NCBI GenBank assembly: GCA_963822965.1
Contig: CAWGJT010000005.1
Location: 1,696,001 to 1,760,000, forward strand
Direction: 5' to 3'
DNA length: 64,000 nucleotides
DNA from: an uncultured delta proteobacterium
Lineage (GTDB): Bacteria; Myxococcota_A; UBA9160; UBA4427
The position numbers and the translations under genes are program-made. Each line of letters opens with the position of its first letter. Within the stretch, counting starts at the first letter, position 1. The notes under the pieces were generated by a model. That model was given only the letters and a program-made list of their open reading frames with translations. It was not told the DNA's origin and searched no databases. This document shows positions 48,222 to 57,217 of the stretch, one piece after another.

Positions 48222-48961
48222 TCACTCAGCTCTCTCCCAGCGATTCCAATCCCCGCCTTCCGGATCTCGCCAGATCGACTCACCGACCTCGAGGTCCAAG
48301 ATCCGTCGCGTGGAATCGTCCGCACCCAGAAGAGTTCCGAGCGGAACCACGCGCGCCTCCGCCTCGGACAGCCCTGAACCAGAGCCTGCAAAGGCCTCCC
48401 AATAGTCGTCCTCCATCGGGAAACCTCAGTCACCCGGGCACCGCGCAGCGCGTCGAGGTTTGTGACCGCATGTGATGTCGACGGAACCGGAAGCGACCAC
48501 TCGTCGGCAAGCCACCTCCAGGCCGGCTCAGTGGACGCGCTCCAAGTCCTGGACAGGTCGGGTGTGTCGATTGTCCGGTGCGCCTCGTCCGGGACGACCT
48601 GATAGGCGGACACCTCCTCGCGGTCGTAGTAGTCAAGAGCGCCCAATAGCAGCAACTTGACCCAGGATGCATGCACTGGTCGGAAGGTGAACGTTCCGAA
48701 GGGCTCCACCTGCACGCTCGCATCGAACGATTCACCCTCCCGCAGGATTCTACTCAGCTCCTGGAGAATCCTCAGGACCTCGTCGCCTTGAAACAGGACC
48801 GCGCCAGCCAGAACCACTTCGGCTCCGATCGCTTCAACTAGTCCGATCGTATAGGCGAACAGGGGCACCTTGCCCTGCGCGACCACGTAGATGTGGAGTC
48901 CATGCTGCGCGATGTTCTGACGGATCTGCCTCAATGCTGCATCGCGGTCTCCACCGGACAT
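48222..48961 (-). CDS. DUF4262-like immunity protein with DUF2185-like tail (frameshift)
   Basis: IAQHGLHIYVV..FAYTIGL..EVVLAG; EDDYWEAFAG..VVPLGTLLGADDS..LDLEVG..W. Confidence 0.65.
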
Positions 48962-49240
48962 CTAGAGTTTCCCCCTCACTTCGTATCCGTGCCATGCGGC
49001 CGAGTGCAAGGGCTGGACCAAGGTTCGAGGCCAACCGGAGATCGGACCGCGAACCCCGGTACACAAGCTATTGGGACCGGTCTTGTTCGCCCGCCTTCGG
49101 CGCTATGTAGCTTGTTGTGGCAGTCTTCGCAGGTGAGTGCACCATTCCCGACCTCTGTACCACCGCCATCGGCATGGCGCTGTTGCTTCACGCCTTCGCC
49201 CTCGCCGAGGCTCCTCCGCAATCTCCCGCGCATTCCCCGC
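48962..49240 (-). pseudogene. Orphan HNH nuclease toxin tip
   Basis: QRHADGGGTEVGNGALTCEDCHNKLH. Confidence 0.7.
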
Positions 49241-49488
49241 CCTGGCGCGGGCGTTGCGGGCGGGGCTGGGCCGAGGAGCGCCGGAGCTTGATCAGCGGCA
49301 AGACAGCAGCAGCGCAGGCACGGGAGCGCAGGCGTTGCGGGTGGCGGCCGGAGGCAGGGCGGGATGGTGGGAGCTGGGCAGAGGCGGAGTGGCAGATGGA
49401 GCAAGCGACGCCTGGCGGCCTGATGCCGAGAGTCTTCCGCCATCACTACGAGGCTGAGATAAGATACGGGGGCACGGGCGGCAGAACT

Positions 49489-49914
49489 TCACAAGCACAA
49501 TTCGGCGTAGCTGACGCTATTGCTGCCTTCTTTCTCGTCAGGTAGGCTTTTACTGCTGAGTATGAGCATCTTTCTCTATCGACACTGCTAGCATATTGAA
49601 GTGAGCAAACTCGCTGTACTCGCAGTAGTGCTCGCAGCTCCTCAGGTGCTGATACAGATTTTTTGCAATGTTATCAAGAAAGATGATCGAGATGGATCTG
49701 TTTACTTTCGGCGATCACGCGTTCGAACTGAAGTACTGATCGTTTTTTGTTCTAGAACACTCGACGACATCTTCAGCGGCACGCTCTTGGCAAAAAACGG
49801 AGTGTTGTTTATTTCGACGGTTTTTCATCAACTATCGAGCATTCAGCGTTTCGACAGCGATCAGAAGATTCCATTTTTTTGAATTTCAGGTCGAACTAAC
49901 TCGAATGTTGCCAT
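49489..49914 (-). pseudogene. DUF4265-like immunity gene degraded by G>A changes and indels
   Basis: Segments VETLNA, INNTPFFAKSV, AAEDVVE, FERVIAES, RSISIIFLD, VSYAELCL* across frames. Confidence 0.65.
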
Positions 49915-49919
49915 ATCGT

Positions 49920-50326
49920 TTATTCAACGCAGTGAATCACTCTATTGTTGTTGCACTCAGCACATTTGATATCGACGTTCCTTTGATCCTTGACGGTCGC
50001 TCCATTTCCGCTTTTCGACCTAGAGGCCGGCGAAAAGTGCGACTGCATTCGAGCGCCCCACGACGCCTGGCTGCGTTGCGCTCCCATCACCGTAGCTCGG
50101 CTACGCTCGGTCGCGCGCTTGCAGGACGCGCGGATGACGCTCTCGGTGCTGCGGTACACTTTCGGCGGGCTCTAGGATGGGTATGGTCACCTTGCCCTCG
50201 CGCGGATTCACCGTACTACCCTAGTCGCGATCATTGGAGCAGTTGGCTGGCGCACCTCGTACACGTTTTGGCCCACCGTTCTCTGCTCATTGGTTTCTTT
50301 GGCCTTCTTAGTGCTGACGTGCGCTT
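49920..50326 (-). pseudogene. Orphan HNH-type toxin tip, degraded
   Basis: SH...GNGATVKDQRNVDIKCAECNNNR. Confidence 0.55.
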
Positions 50327-50470
50327 CTACGAGACCACGGAACTGCAAGTTCTGATGCGAACTCCGCGGGTGTGAGACCACCAGGGAGCTGTGAGGTTTC
50401 TCTTCGTTGTAGCGCTGCTCAGGCTTCGATCTTCTCCACTGCGTTTCAGGTCGTGAATAGTTTTAAGATT
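50327..50470 (-). mobile_element. IS3-family transposase C-terminal remnant
   Basis: EKIEA*...QRYNEEKPHSSL..LTPAEFA, matching the IEAWRxxYNxxRPHSSLGxxTPxEF motif. Confidence 0.75.
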
Positions 50471-50811
50471 TAATTTGAATTGAATTTGTGTTGGTGATGA
50501 ATGATTGATCGATTGGAGTAGAGGATTCAGGAATGGGTTTGCAGAGATGTGCGAAGATGGGTTGCAAGGAGAGGAGGAACGGATTTGGGTAACATCGACT
50601 GATGGGGAGTCGGGTGCAGTGATCAACGATGTGAGCGCACGGATGCGCCGTACCAGGTATGAACGAAGCATGCACGTCGTTCGCTCGTCGGCAGCGGCGT
50701 CGGAAGGGCGGTGACGCGCGGGAGCGCTTTCTGAGTTCCGAAGAATAGATAGATTTTTATATGGAGAGAATCAGGTAGGAAGGAATTGTGGAGTACAGTT
50801 TGATTTTGGGC

Positions 50812-51144
50812 ATATAGGTGATGAAGGATGATAGGAAGGGATTGTAGTGTTGATGAGAAGTTTAGGTTATTTGTAATTTTAGTGTTTGAGTAGTGAACTT
50901 TAGTTTTGTGAGTAGAAGGTGTGTATAGGGGATTGGAGGTAGAGTTTGATTGTGATATTTAGAGAGTGTTAAGATGATTTTTTTGATGTTTTTTTATATT
51001 GAGAGTGTAGATGATTTGGGTATTAGGAGGTTGGTAGTGATTTGAGTGGTAATGGTGAGATGTAAGTATGAAGATAGAGTGTTTTTTGATGAGTGAGAGT
51101 TATATGGTAGGTGTGTATTAGGTGGTGATTTAGAATAAGAGTTT
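50812..51144 (+). other. Cytosine-free tract (core of a strand-specific C>T zone)
   Basis: Only one C (50898) in 333 nt on the + strand; G retained at roughly one third. Confidence 0.95.
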
Positions 51145-51149
51145 CGAGA

Positions 51150-51400
51150 CGAGCTGCTTACTTGGATGTTTTTGCGTGCAATCCGGTTGATGTCGTCGTA
51201 CTCGGAGGTTCGGAGATAGTTGGTTTTTTCGACGGAGAGGCGCTGCTGGTGGTTTTCTAGTCGATCGTTACGTCGCTTTCGGTGCGGGGCGATCGATGTT
51301 GGTGACGCGATCGAGCTCGTCGTACGCGAGGTTCGTTTGCGTTCCGGGCGCTGGTTGGTGCTAGGGCGGTTTGGTGGTGCTGGGGGGATCTGCTGTAACG
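51150..51400 (-). pseudogene. Rhs YD-repeat fragment with G>A changes
   Basis: LAYDELDRVTNIDRP; TID*(TAG); RTSEYDDINRIAR. Confidence 0.65.
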
Positions 51401-51406
51401 CGGCTC

Positions 51407-52012
51407 TCAGTGTGTTGTTACAAGCGAGTTTAGGTGATCTGCGAGATTTTTCACGGGTTTTGCTTTCTCTCGATCGGTATCGTTGAGCGCTGCTACCGCT
51501 TCGATTTCGCTGATGAGTTCGATACGCCTTGCTTCTCCGATCTGACCGTTGAGAAGGACCGTAGCCGCTCGATACCGTTTATCTTCATCAACGGCGTCGA
51601 GATTGCTTTGTTCGACGACGATATCGAAAGTTCCATCCGCGAACTTGTACAAGACGTAGTACCACTCACGCGCATCGACGGCGATCGTTTCGCTCGACGA
51701 GCTTTCGATGGAGAAGCGCAGATCCCAATCCCGTCGTGGCTTGGAGGAATGCAACTCCCAGCTAGGAATTTCTGGAGCTACATCAACGATTCTCCTCGTT
51801 GTTTCCAGCAGCTCCTTCTTGCCGTTAGGGCTTATGACAAGTGCATTGCTTCCATTGCTCCCCGGCTCGATTTCCCAGGTGACATCCGAGGCGAGACACG
51901 CGCATCGAGTTGAGCAAGCAGTTCTTCATTGTTAAAATTGTTACTCAGATTTGACGCGACCCCTGCGAACCAAGCCCAGAAGGACTGGACATCGATTGGT
52001 GGCTTGACATCG
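51407..52012 (-). pseudogene. FWxWF-type immunity gene (frameshifted, G>A changes)
   Basis: SFWAWF..DVTWEIEP..LVISPNGKKELL..IVDVAPEIPSW..KPR..LLNGQIGE. Confidence 0.65.
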
Positions 52013-52380
52013 TTCTCTTCCCATTTTTCCTGACGGATCTCGTTGCGTTTGTTGTTGAGATTATCGACACCACCCTCGCGATTCATGGCATTTTGCTCAG
52101 CACTCCTACCTGCCGCTGTGTCGTTGCCGTCGTACCGGTCCACCACTTCGGCATTCGAGCGGTCCCTACCGTCCCAGACTCCGCGAGAGGCCGGACTGTT
52201 TTGCTTCGTGCGTCCGACATAGGCCTTACCACTCGGGGTATCTTGACCATCGACCTTGTAGACCTTCCCGTCCGCTCCCCTTGTGGCGCTGTCCGCGCCT
52301 TCGCTTGTCGGGGTCGTGCTCCCCGTCGTTGCAGCTTGCCTATCGCCCCCCTCGACCTCTCAGCCGGATGACGTCCCACC
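52000..52380 (-). pseudogene. Orphan GIY-YIG-like nuclease toxin tip
   Basis: KVYKVDGQDTPSGKAYVGRT..R..AEQNAMN..LNNKRNEI. Confidence 0.6.
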
Positions 52381-52384
52381 TTCA

Positions 52385-52745
52385 ATCGTCACAATGTTCG
52401 GAGGACGGTCTATATCCAGCATTTTCTCCATCTCTGGGAGCTGAAAAGGGGAAGAGCATCCACGGATACATTCCCTTCACCTTGGGATCAATTCCGCGAT
52501 GGTATTCCACACCTTTCTTCAGCTTGTCGATCGTGCGCTGAGGTGCTTGATCAGTGACCGTTGGGCACGCTTTTCTGCGCGGGAACCCTCTCGGTCGATC
52601 TTCTTCAGCCGATTCTTCTCGTCGGCAAGCTCGTCGCGCGGGTTCTTGAGGGCTTTTTCGGGTTTCCCATGCCTAGCGTTCTCTCCAGTTGCTTCCGACG
52701 CCGCTAGTGGCTCCGGGACATGGCTCAACCGGGATCGAACCCGTT
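52385..52745 (-). pseudogene. Orphan basic helical toxin tip fragment
   Basis: GENARHGKPEKALKN..AEKRAQRSLIKHL..KKGVEYHR. Confidence 0.4.
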
Positions 52746-52759
52746 CGCATTCGCAAAGC

Positions 52760-53018
52760 GACCTTCCGAAGCTGACGCGCATCTACAACTACTACGTCGT
52801 TGAGACGCCCATCACGTTCGACGTCGAGCTCTAGACGGTGGAGAAGCGGCGTGCTGGCTGGAAGGCTTCGATCGCAAGGGTTCGTACCGCTGCTTCGTCG
52901 CCGAGGTGGACCGGCGCCCGGCCGGCTGGGCGTGCACCCTGCGCTTCCGCCCCAAGGCCGCCTACGACCTATCGGTGGAGACGAGCATCTATCTCAATCC
53001 CGCGGTCACCGGGCAGGG
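52760..53018 (+). pseudogene. Diverged partial duplicate of the GNAT gene (44502-44762)
   Basis: Collinear with the GNAT 5' half; has a TAG, a 1-nt deletion and about 19 substitutions. Confidence 0.92.
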
Positions 53019-53295
53019 GATGGACCGGGTGATCCCGTGGCCGCGCCTGCTGGAGCTGATCGAGCCGTACTACCACGGAGGCGAGACCGGCCGGCAGCCG
53101 CACGAGCTGGAGCGGATGCTGCGGATCTACTTCCTGCAGCAGTGGTTCAGCCTGTCGGATCCGCAGGCCGAGGATGCGATCTACGACAGCGAGTCGATGC
53201 GTCGCTTCGCCGGGTGGAGCTGGGGGAGGACAAGGTTCCGGACGAGTCGACGATCTCGCTTCCGGCATCTGCTGGAGAAGCACCAGCTGACGGAG
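53019..53295 (+). mobile_element. IS5-family transposase N-terminal remnant
   Basis: MDRVIPWPRLLELIEPYY..LERMLRIYFLQQWFSLSDPQAEDAIYDSESMRRFAG..VPDESTI..RFRHLLEKH. Confidence 0.9.
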
Positions 53296-53409
53296 GGGAG
53301 CTCTTCGAAGCAGGGTGCAAAGTTGAACACCGGCAACCTCGGCGGCACCGTGGGCACGCGAGCACAGGCGTTGCGGCCGGGGCCGGAGACCGGGGGTTAC
53401 TGCATGTCA

Positions 53410-53661
53410 GCGTTGATCGCGGTCTGATCAGCTGCTCCCAACTTCGTCGCGTTCGGCTTCGCTGTTGTTCTCCAGATCCCGAACCTCTACGAGGGTGCCG
53501 TCTCTCTCGACCAAGTGCTTGATGCCACGAGGTGGTACTCCTCATCAGCGCCATGTGGCTCGCCGCAAAGGAACATCCAGTCGCCTCCTCGCGAGCCACT
53601 AGAAGAATGGGCTAGCGGCGAGAAAGACGTGTGAGCACACATATCCGTGAACTTCGGCCAC
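53410..53661 (-). CDS. DUF2185-like immunity protein (frameshifts)
   Basis: YVCSHVF..PILLV..GDWMFLCG..H..HLVERDGTLVEV..EAER. Confidence 0.6.
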
Positions 53662-55200
53662 TACTCTAGTTTCGCGACATCGCGAATTCTATCGCGGTCG
53701 ATCCAGCCAGCTTCTTCTGGCGTCTTGGCTCCCTTGCCCGGTTGCAGGTTCTGCACGAAGCAGCGAGGTTGCTCGATTCCGTCTTGCCTCCTTGCGCCAC
53801 GGGGTCTATGTGGTCAACCTCAAACGAGTTGGAGCTGCTTGCCGCATCCTGAGTTGGTTGTCGCAGTATTCGCATCGAGTTGTACCGGATTCATCGGTAG
53901 CTCTCGCTTTTACCTCGCGGCGTTGCGCCGCAGTCGGTTTTCGAGAGGATGTTGCTCTGGAGCTGCTGCTCGATGGGCTGGTCGCGAGGCATTGGGGTTG
54001 GCGGATCTGCCCCCCTTGTGGCGCTTGGCGGACTCGTGTCGCGCCTTCGCCGTCGGGCTCGTGCTCCCCGCTGTTGCAGCTTGCCATCGAGGCCTCCATT
54101 TACCACATCTCCAGCAGTCAGCACACCGTCGATCGCTGTCGGGAGTCAACGGGGAAGTTATTCCTGCATATCCCTCAACCACTTGCACCCCGGTCGCCGC
54201 TTGAACCTCCGCAATCAGCTGGTCGAAGGCCTCCGCCCGTCCATGCTCGGCGGCCCTAGCGATGCGTTCTGCTCGATCCCGCCAGCTTCCGAAGAGGAAG
54301 AGTGACTCCGTCCCGGTCGGGTCCGTGTTCGAAACGGGGTTGTTTCGCGCGTACGCGTAGCCGCTCGCGGACTGGGGATCACTTGGCACGATCAGTGGGT
54401 CCACGCTGACGAACGTTCCCGTCTCCGGGTTCTGCCACCTGGCGTTCATGTAGTAGAGGCCGGTGTTCTTTTCGAGATGATGGCCGGCAAAGATGGTCGA
54501 GTTCGGGTCGCTGCCAACCTGCTGGTGGACGCCTCCAAAGGGCTTGAAGACCGTCTCGCTCTCGGGGGTGCCATCGGACAGCAGGACGACGCCAGTGGTC
54601 TTCAGGTAGTCGTTGAGGAACCAGCGACGACCGACGGGCATCTGGTAGCCGCCCGCTTCTGCAGGCATGGGTGGAGCCGCGAGCAGGAGCGCGAGCATCG
54701 CGGCAGCCAGGGCCGTCGCCGGGTGCCGAGGCGCCATGGGTGTCCACCCGGTTTGTCCGAGCAGCGCCCACAAGACCAGCGCCAGACACGCCACGATCGA
54801 AGCGACCACGATCTGCTGAGGGGGCGAGAGCCCCTTCCAGGCGCCCCCCAGGAAGACGCGGTGCGGAGCGATACGTCACCCCTCTTCAGGGCGATTTCCT
54901 CGCCGAATGTCATGATGTGGAGGTCGGCCCAGTGGTTGCCGCCGCCCACGTAGAGCGTGAAGAGATCGTCTGCATAGAACCGGTCGAGGTCCGCGCCGTC
55001 GGGTGGGGTGCCCACGTAGTGGAAGTCCCGAATCCGCACGCCGTCCACGTCGTAGTCGGTGAGCAGCACGTCGCATGCGTTCGCCGAGGTTCCTTCGCAG
55101 ACGAGTCGGTTCTGCGAGTCGAACGTGAAGAAGCGCTGGGGATCGGCACTCAGGATCGTCGCCAGGTTGCCGTCGTCGTCGTATCCGATACGAGTACGAG
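53661..55200 (-). pseudogene. Truncated Rhs protein: YD repeats, TM insert, Rhs core and HNH nuclease tip (frameshifts)
   Basis: YDDDGNL, FDSQNRL, YDVDGVR; TGLYYMNARWQNPETGTFVSVDP, NNPVSNTDPTG; CEYC..VDHIDPVAQGG..NLAASCRTCN. Confidence 0.88.
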
Positions 55201-55600
55201 GGTGCCTTCCTCGAGACGGCTCGCGGCAGGCTGCGCCGGGGAGCGGACGGGAGCAGGATCGACTTCGATGCAGTCGTTCGGGCGACGCTGAAGCAGCCTT
55301 CGGGCAGGGAACCTACGACTACGAGATCCCGTTCACGACGGCGGTCGCGACGGCGACGAGCAGGGACGGCACGGAGACCCTGACGCGCAGCGGGCGCAGC
55401 ATCACCGACGACGCGCACTACGCCCAGATCGTCGGGGCGACGACCAACCGGGCCAACGCCTTCCCGAAGCCGGGTGCGGCGGTCTACACGGTCCTCAGCG
55501 GCCGGTTCGACACGCTTCCGCGAGCCAAGTAAACCCAGCGGAACGGCGCCAGCCGAAATGTGGTGCCAAGCGCTCTCATCCGTGTCATAAGATCACTCTC

Positions 55601-57163
55601 ATGCGGCTTCGGGCGCTGCTCTGGGCTCTTCTCTTCGCGCTGATGGCTCTCGGCGCCGCCGCGCCCGGCATCGCCCAGCAGCGACCGAACATCGTGCTCT
55701 TCCTCGCCGACGACCTGGGTTGGGCCGACTGGGAGCAGAACGGCGGCCCCTTCGGAAGCAGCTACTACGAGACTCCCAACATGAACCGGCTCGCGCAGGA
55801 GGGCGTGACGTTCACGAACGCCTACGCGTCCGCGGCCACCTGCTCTCCGACCCGCGACGCGCTCATGACGGGACAGACCCCGGCCCGCTCCCATCTGACG
55901 AGCTGGCTGCCCGGATCCGAGGCGCCTTCGAACCTCTCCGACCCGTTGTGGAGCCCCGGCATCGACAGCGGCGCGGTGACCCTGCCGGAGCTTCTCCGCG
56001 CGGCCGGCTATCGGACGGCCCTCGTCGGCAAGTGGCATCTCGGGATCTCGGGCTCGCCGTCGGCCGATCCGCTGCAACACGGCTTCGAGGTGAACTTCGG
56101 CGGGGGCTGGAACGGAACTCCACCGACGTACTTCGCGAACGCCTCGGGGTCGTTTCGCCTGACCAACATGGGCGACGGGACGGCCGCTCCGGGCACCTAT
56201 CTGACGGACCAGCTGACCGACCTCGCGCTCGATCAGATCGACGCCTTCGCGGCGGACGGAGGGCCGTTCTTCCTCTTCCTCTCCCACTACGCTCCGCACA
56301 TCCCGCTGGCGGCGCCGGCGGCGCTCGTCGATCGGTACGCGGCCAAGCCGCCGTCCGGCGGGCAGGACGACCCGGTGTACGCGGCGATGATCGACAGCCT
56401 CGACACGAGCCTCGGGCGGGTGCTCGACGAGCTCGAGCGTCTCGGGCTGCGCGAGAACACGATCTTCATCTTCGCGTCGGACAACGGCGGATCGCCGCTG
56501 GCGACCTCGAACTTTCCCCTCTCGGGCTTCAAGGGTCGGCTCTACGAGGGCGGGGTCCGCGTGCCCCTGATCGTCAGCTACACCGGCGATCCGGCGCTCG
56601 TCCCGGGTTCGGAGCGTGAAAGCCTCGTCGTCAGCCACGATCTCTATCCGACGCTGCTCGACCTCGCCGGCGTCTCCGGCGATCCCATTCACGATGCGAC
56701 CGTCGACGGCCACAGCATCCGGACGATCCTCGAGCAGGGGGACGCACCGTCCGACCCGATCTTCTGGCACCACCCGCACATCTCGCCCTATCCCCTCGGC
56801 GGCCACGGCGGGCGCTACGTCTCGGCGATCCGGGACGGCGATTGGAAGGCGATCTTCTTCTACGAGGATCGGTCCTGGGAGCTGTACGACCTCGTCTCGG
56901 ACCCGGGCGAGAAGGTCGATCTCTCGAGCGCGGAGCCGGCGGTGCTGGAAGATCTGGGCAGCGAGCTCGTGGCCCGGCTCGAGACCACCGGTGCCCAGAT
57001 GCCACTCGACGCTTCGACGGGCCTGCCGGCGCCCCTGCCGGTGCCCGCTCCCGAGCCCGGCGCCACCTTGGAGGTCGAAGCGGCACTCGTCGTGCTGGCG
57101 GGCCTGGCCCGCCGGCGCGGCCATGCGCGCACGCGACGATCGCCCGCCAGCCGACCGGGCTGA
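55601..57163 (+). CDS. Formylglycine-type sulfatase with signal peptide and PEP-CTERM-like tail
   Basis: PNIVLFLADDLG, CSPTR, GKWHLG, SDNGG, LYEGGVRVP; APEPG-hydrophobic-RRR. Confidence 0.92.
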   Translation: MRLRALLWALLFALMALGAAAPGIAQQRPNIVLFLADDLGWADWEQNGGPFGSSYYETPNMNRLAQEGVTFTNAYASAATCSPTRDALMTGQTPARSHLTSWLPGSEAPSNLSDPLWSPGIDSGAVTLPELLRAAGYRTALVGKWHLGISGSPSADPLQHGFEVNFGGGWNGTPPTYFANASGSFRLTNMGDGTAAPGTYLTDQLTDLALDQIDAFAADGGPFFLFLSHYAPHIPLAAPAALVDRYAAKPPSGGQDDPVYAAMIDSLDTSLGRVLDELERLGLRENTIFIFASDNGGSPLATSNFPLSGFKGRLYEGGVRVPLIVSYTGDPALVPGSERESLVVSHDLYPTLLDLAGVSGDPIHDATVDGHSIRTILEQGDAPSDPIFWHHPHISPYPLGGHGGRYVSAIRDGDWKAIFFYEDRSWELYDLVSDPGEKVDLSSAEPAVLEDLGSELVARLETTGAQMPLDASTGLPAPLPVPAPEPGATLEVEAALVVLAGLARRRGHARTRRSPASRPG

Positions 57164-57217
57164 GCGCACTCGCTCCGATCGCGTGCCGAGCGCGCATGGA
57201 GCGAGCCCGCGTGCGTG

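Noticed and set aside
50750..51150. Simple AT-rich foreign DNA, origin or low-complexity repeat
   Set aside because: G is retained while C is absent, there is no periodicity, and neighbouring gene remnants show directional changes.
45000..55500. Integron cassette array
   Set aside because: No intI and no convincing RYYYAAC...GTTRRRY attC hairpins; the recurring GTTGCGG motif does not fit that consensus.
45000..55500. A deaminase toxin encoded in the array as the local cause of the C>T tract
   Set aside because: No HxE...CxxC signature in any readable tip; the CxxC motifs present belong to HNH nucleases. The C-free tract cannot be decoded reliably but looks like a membrane protein.
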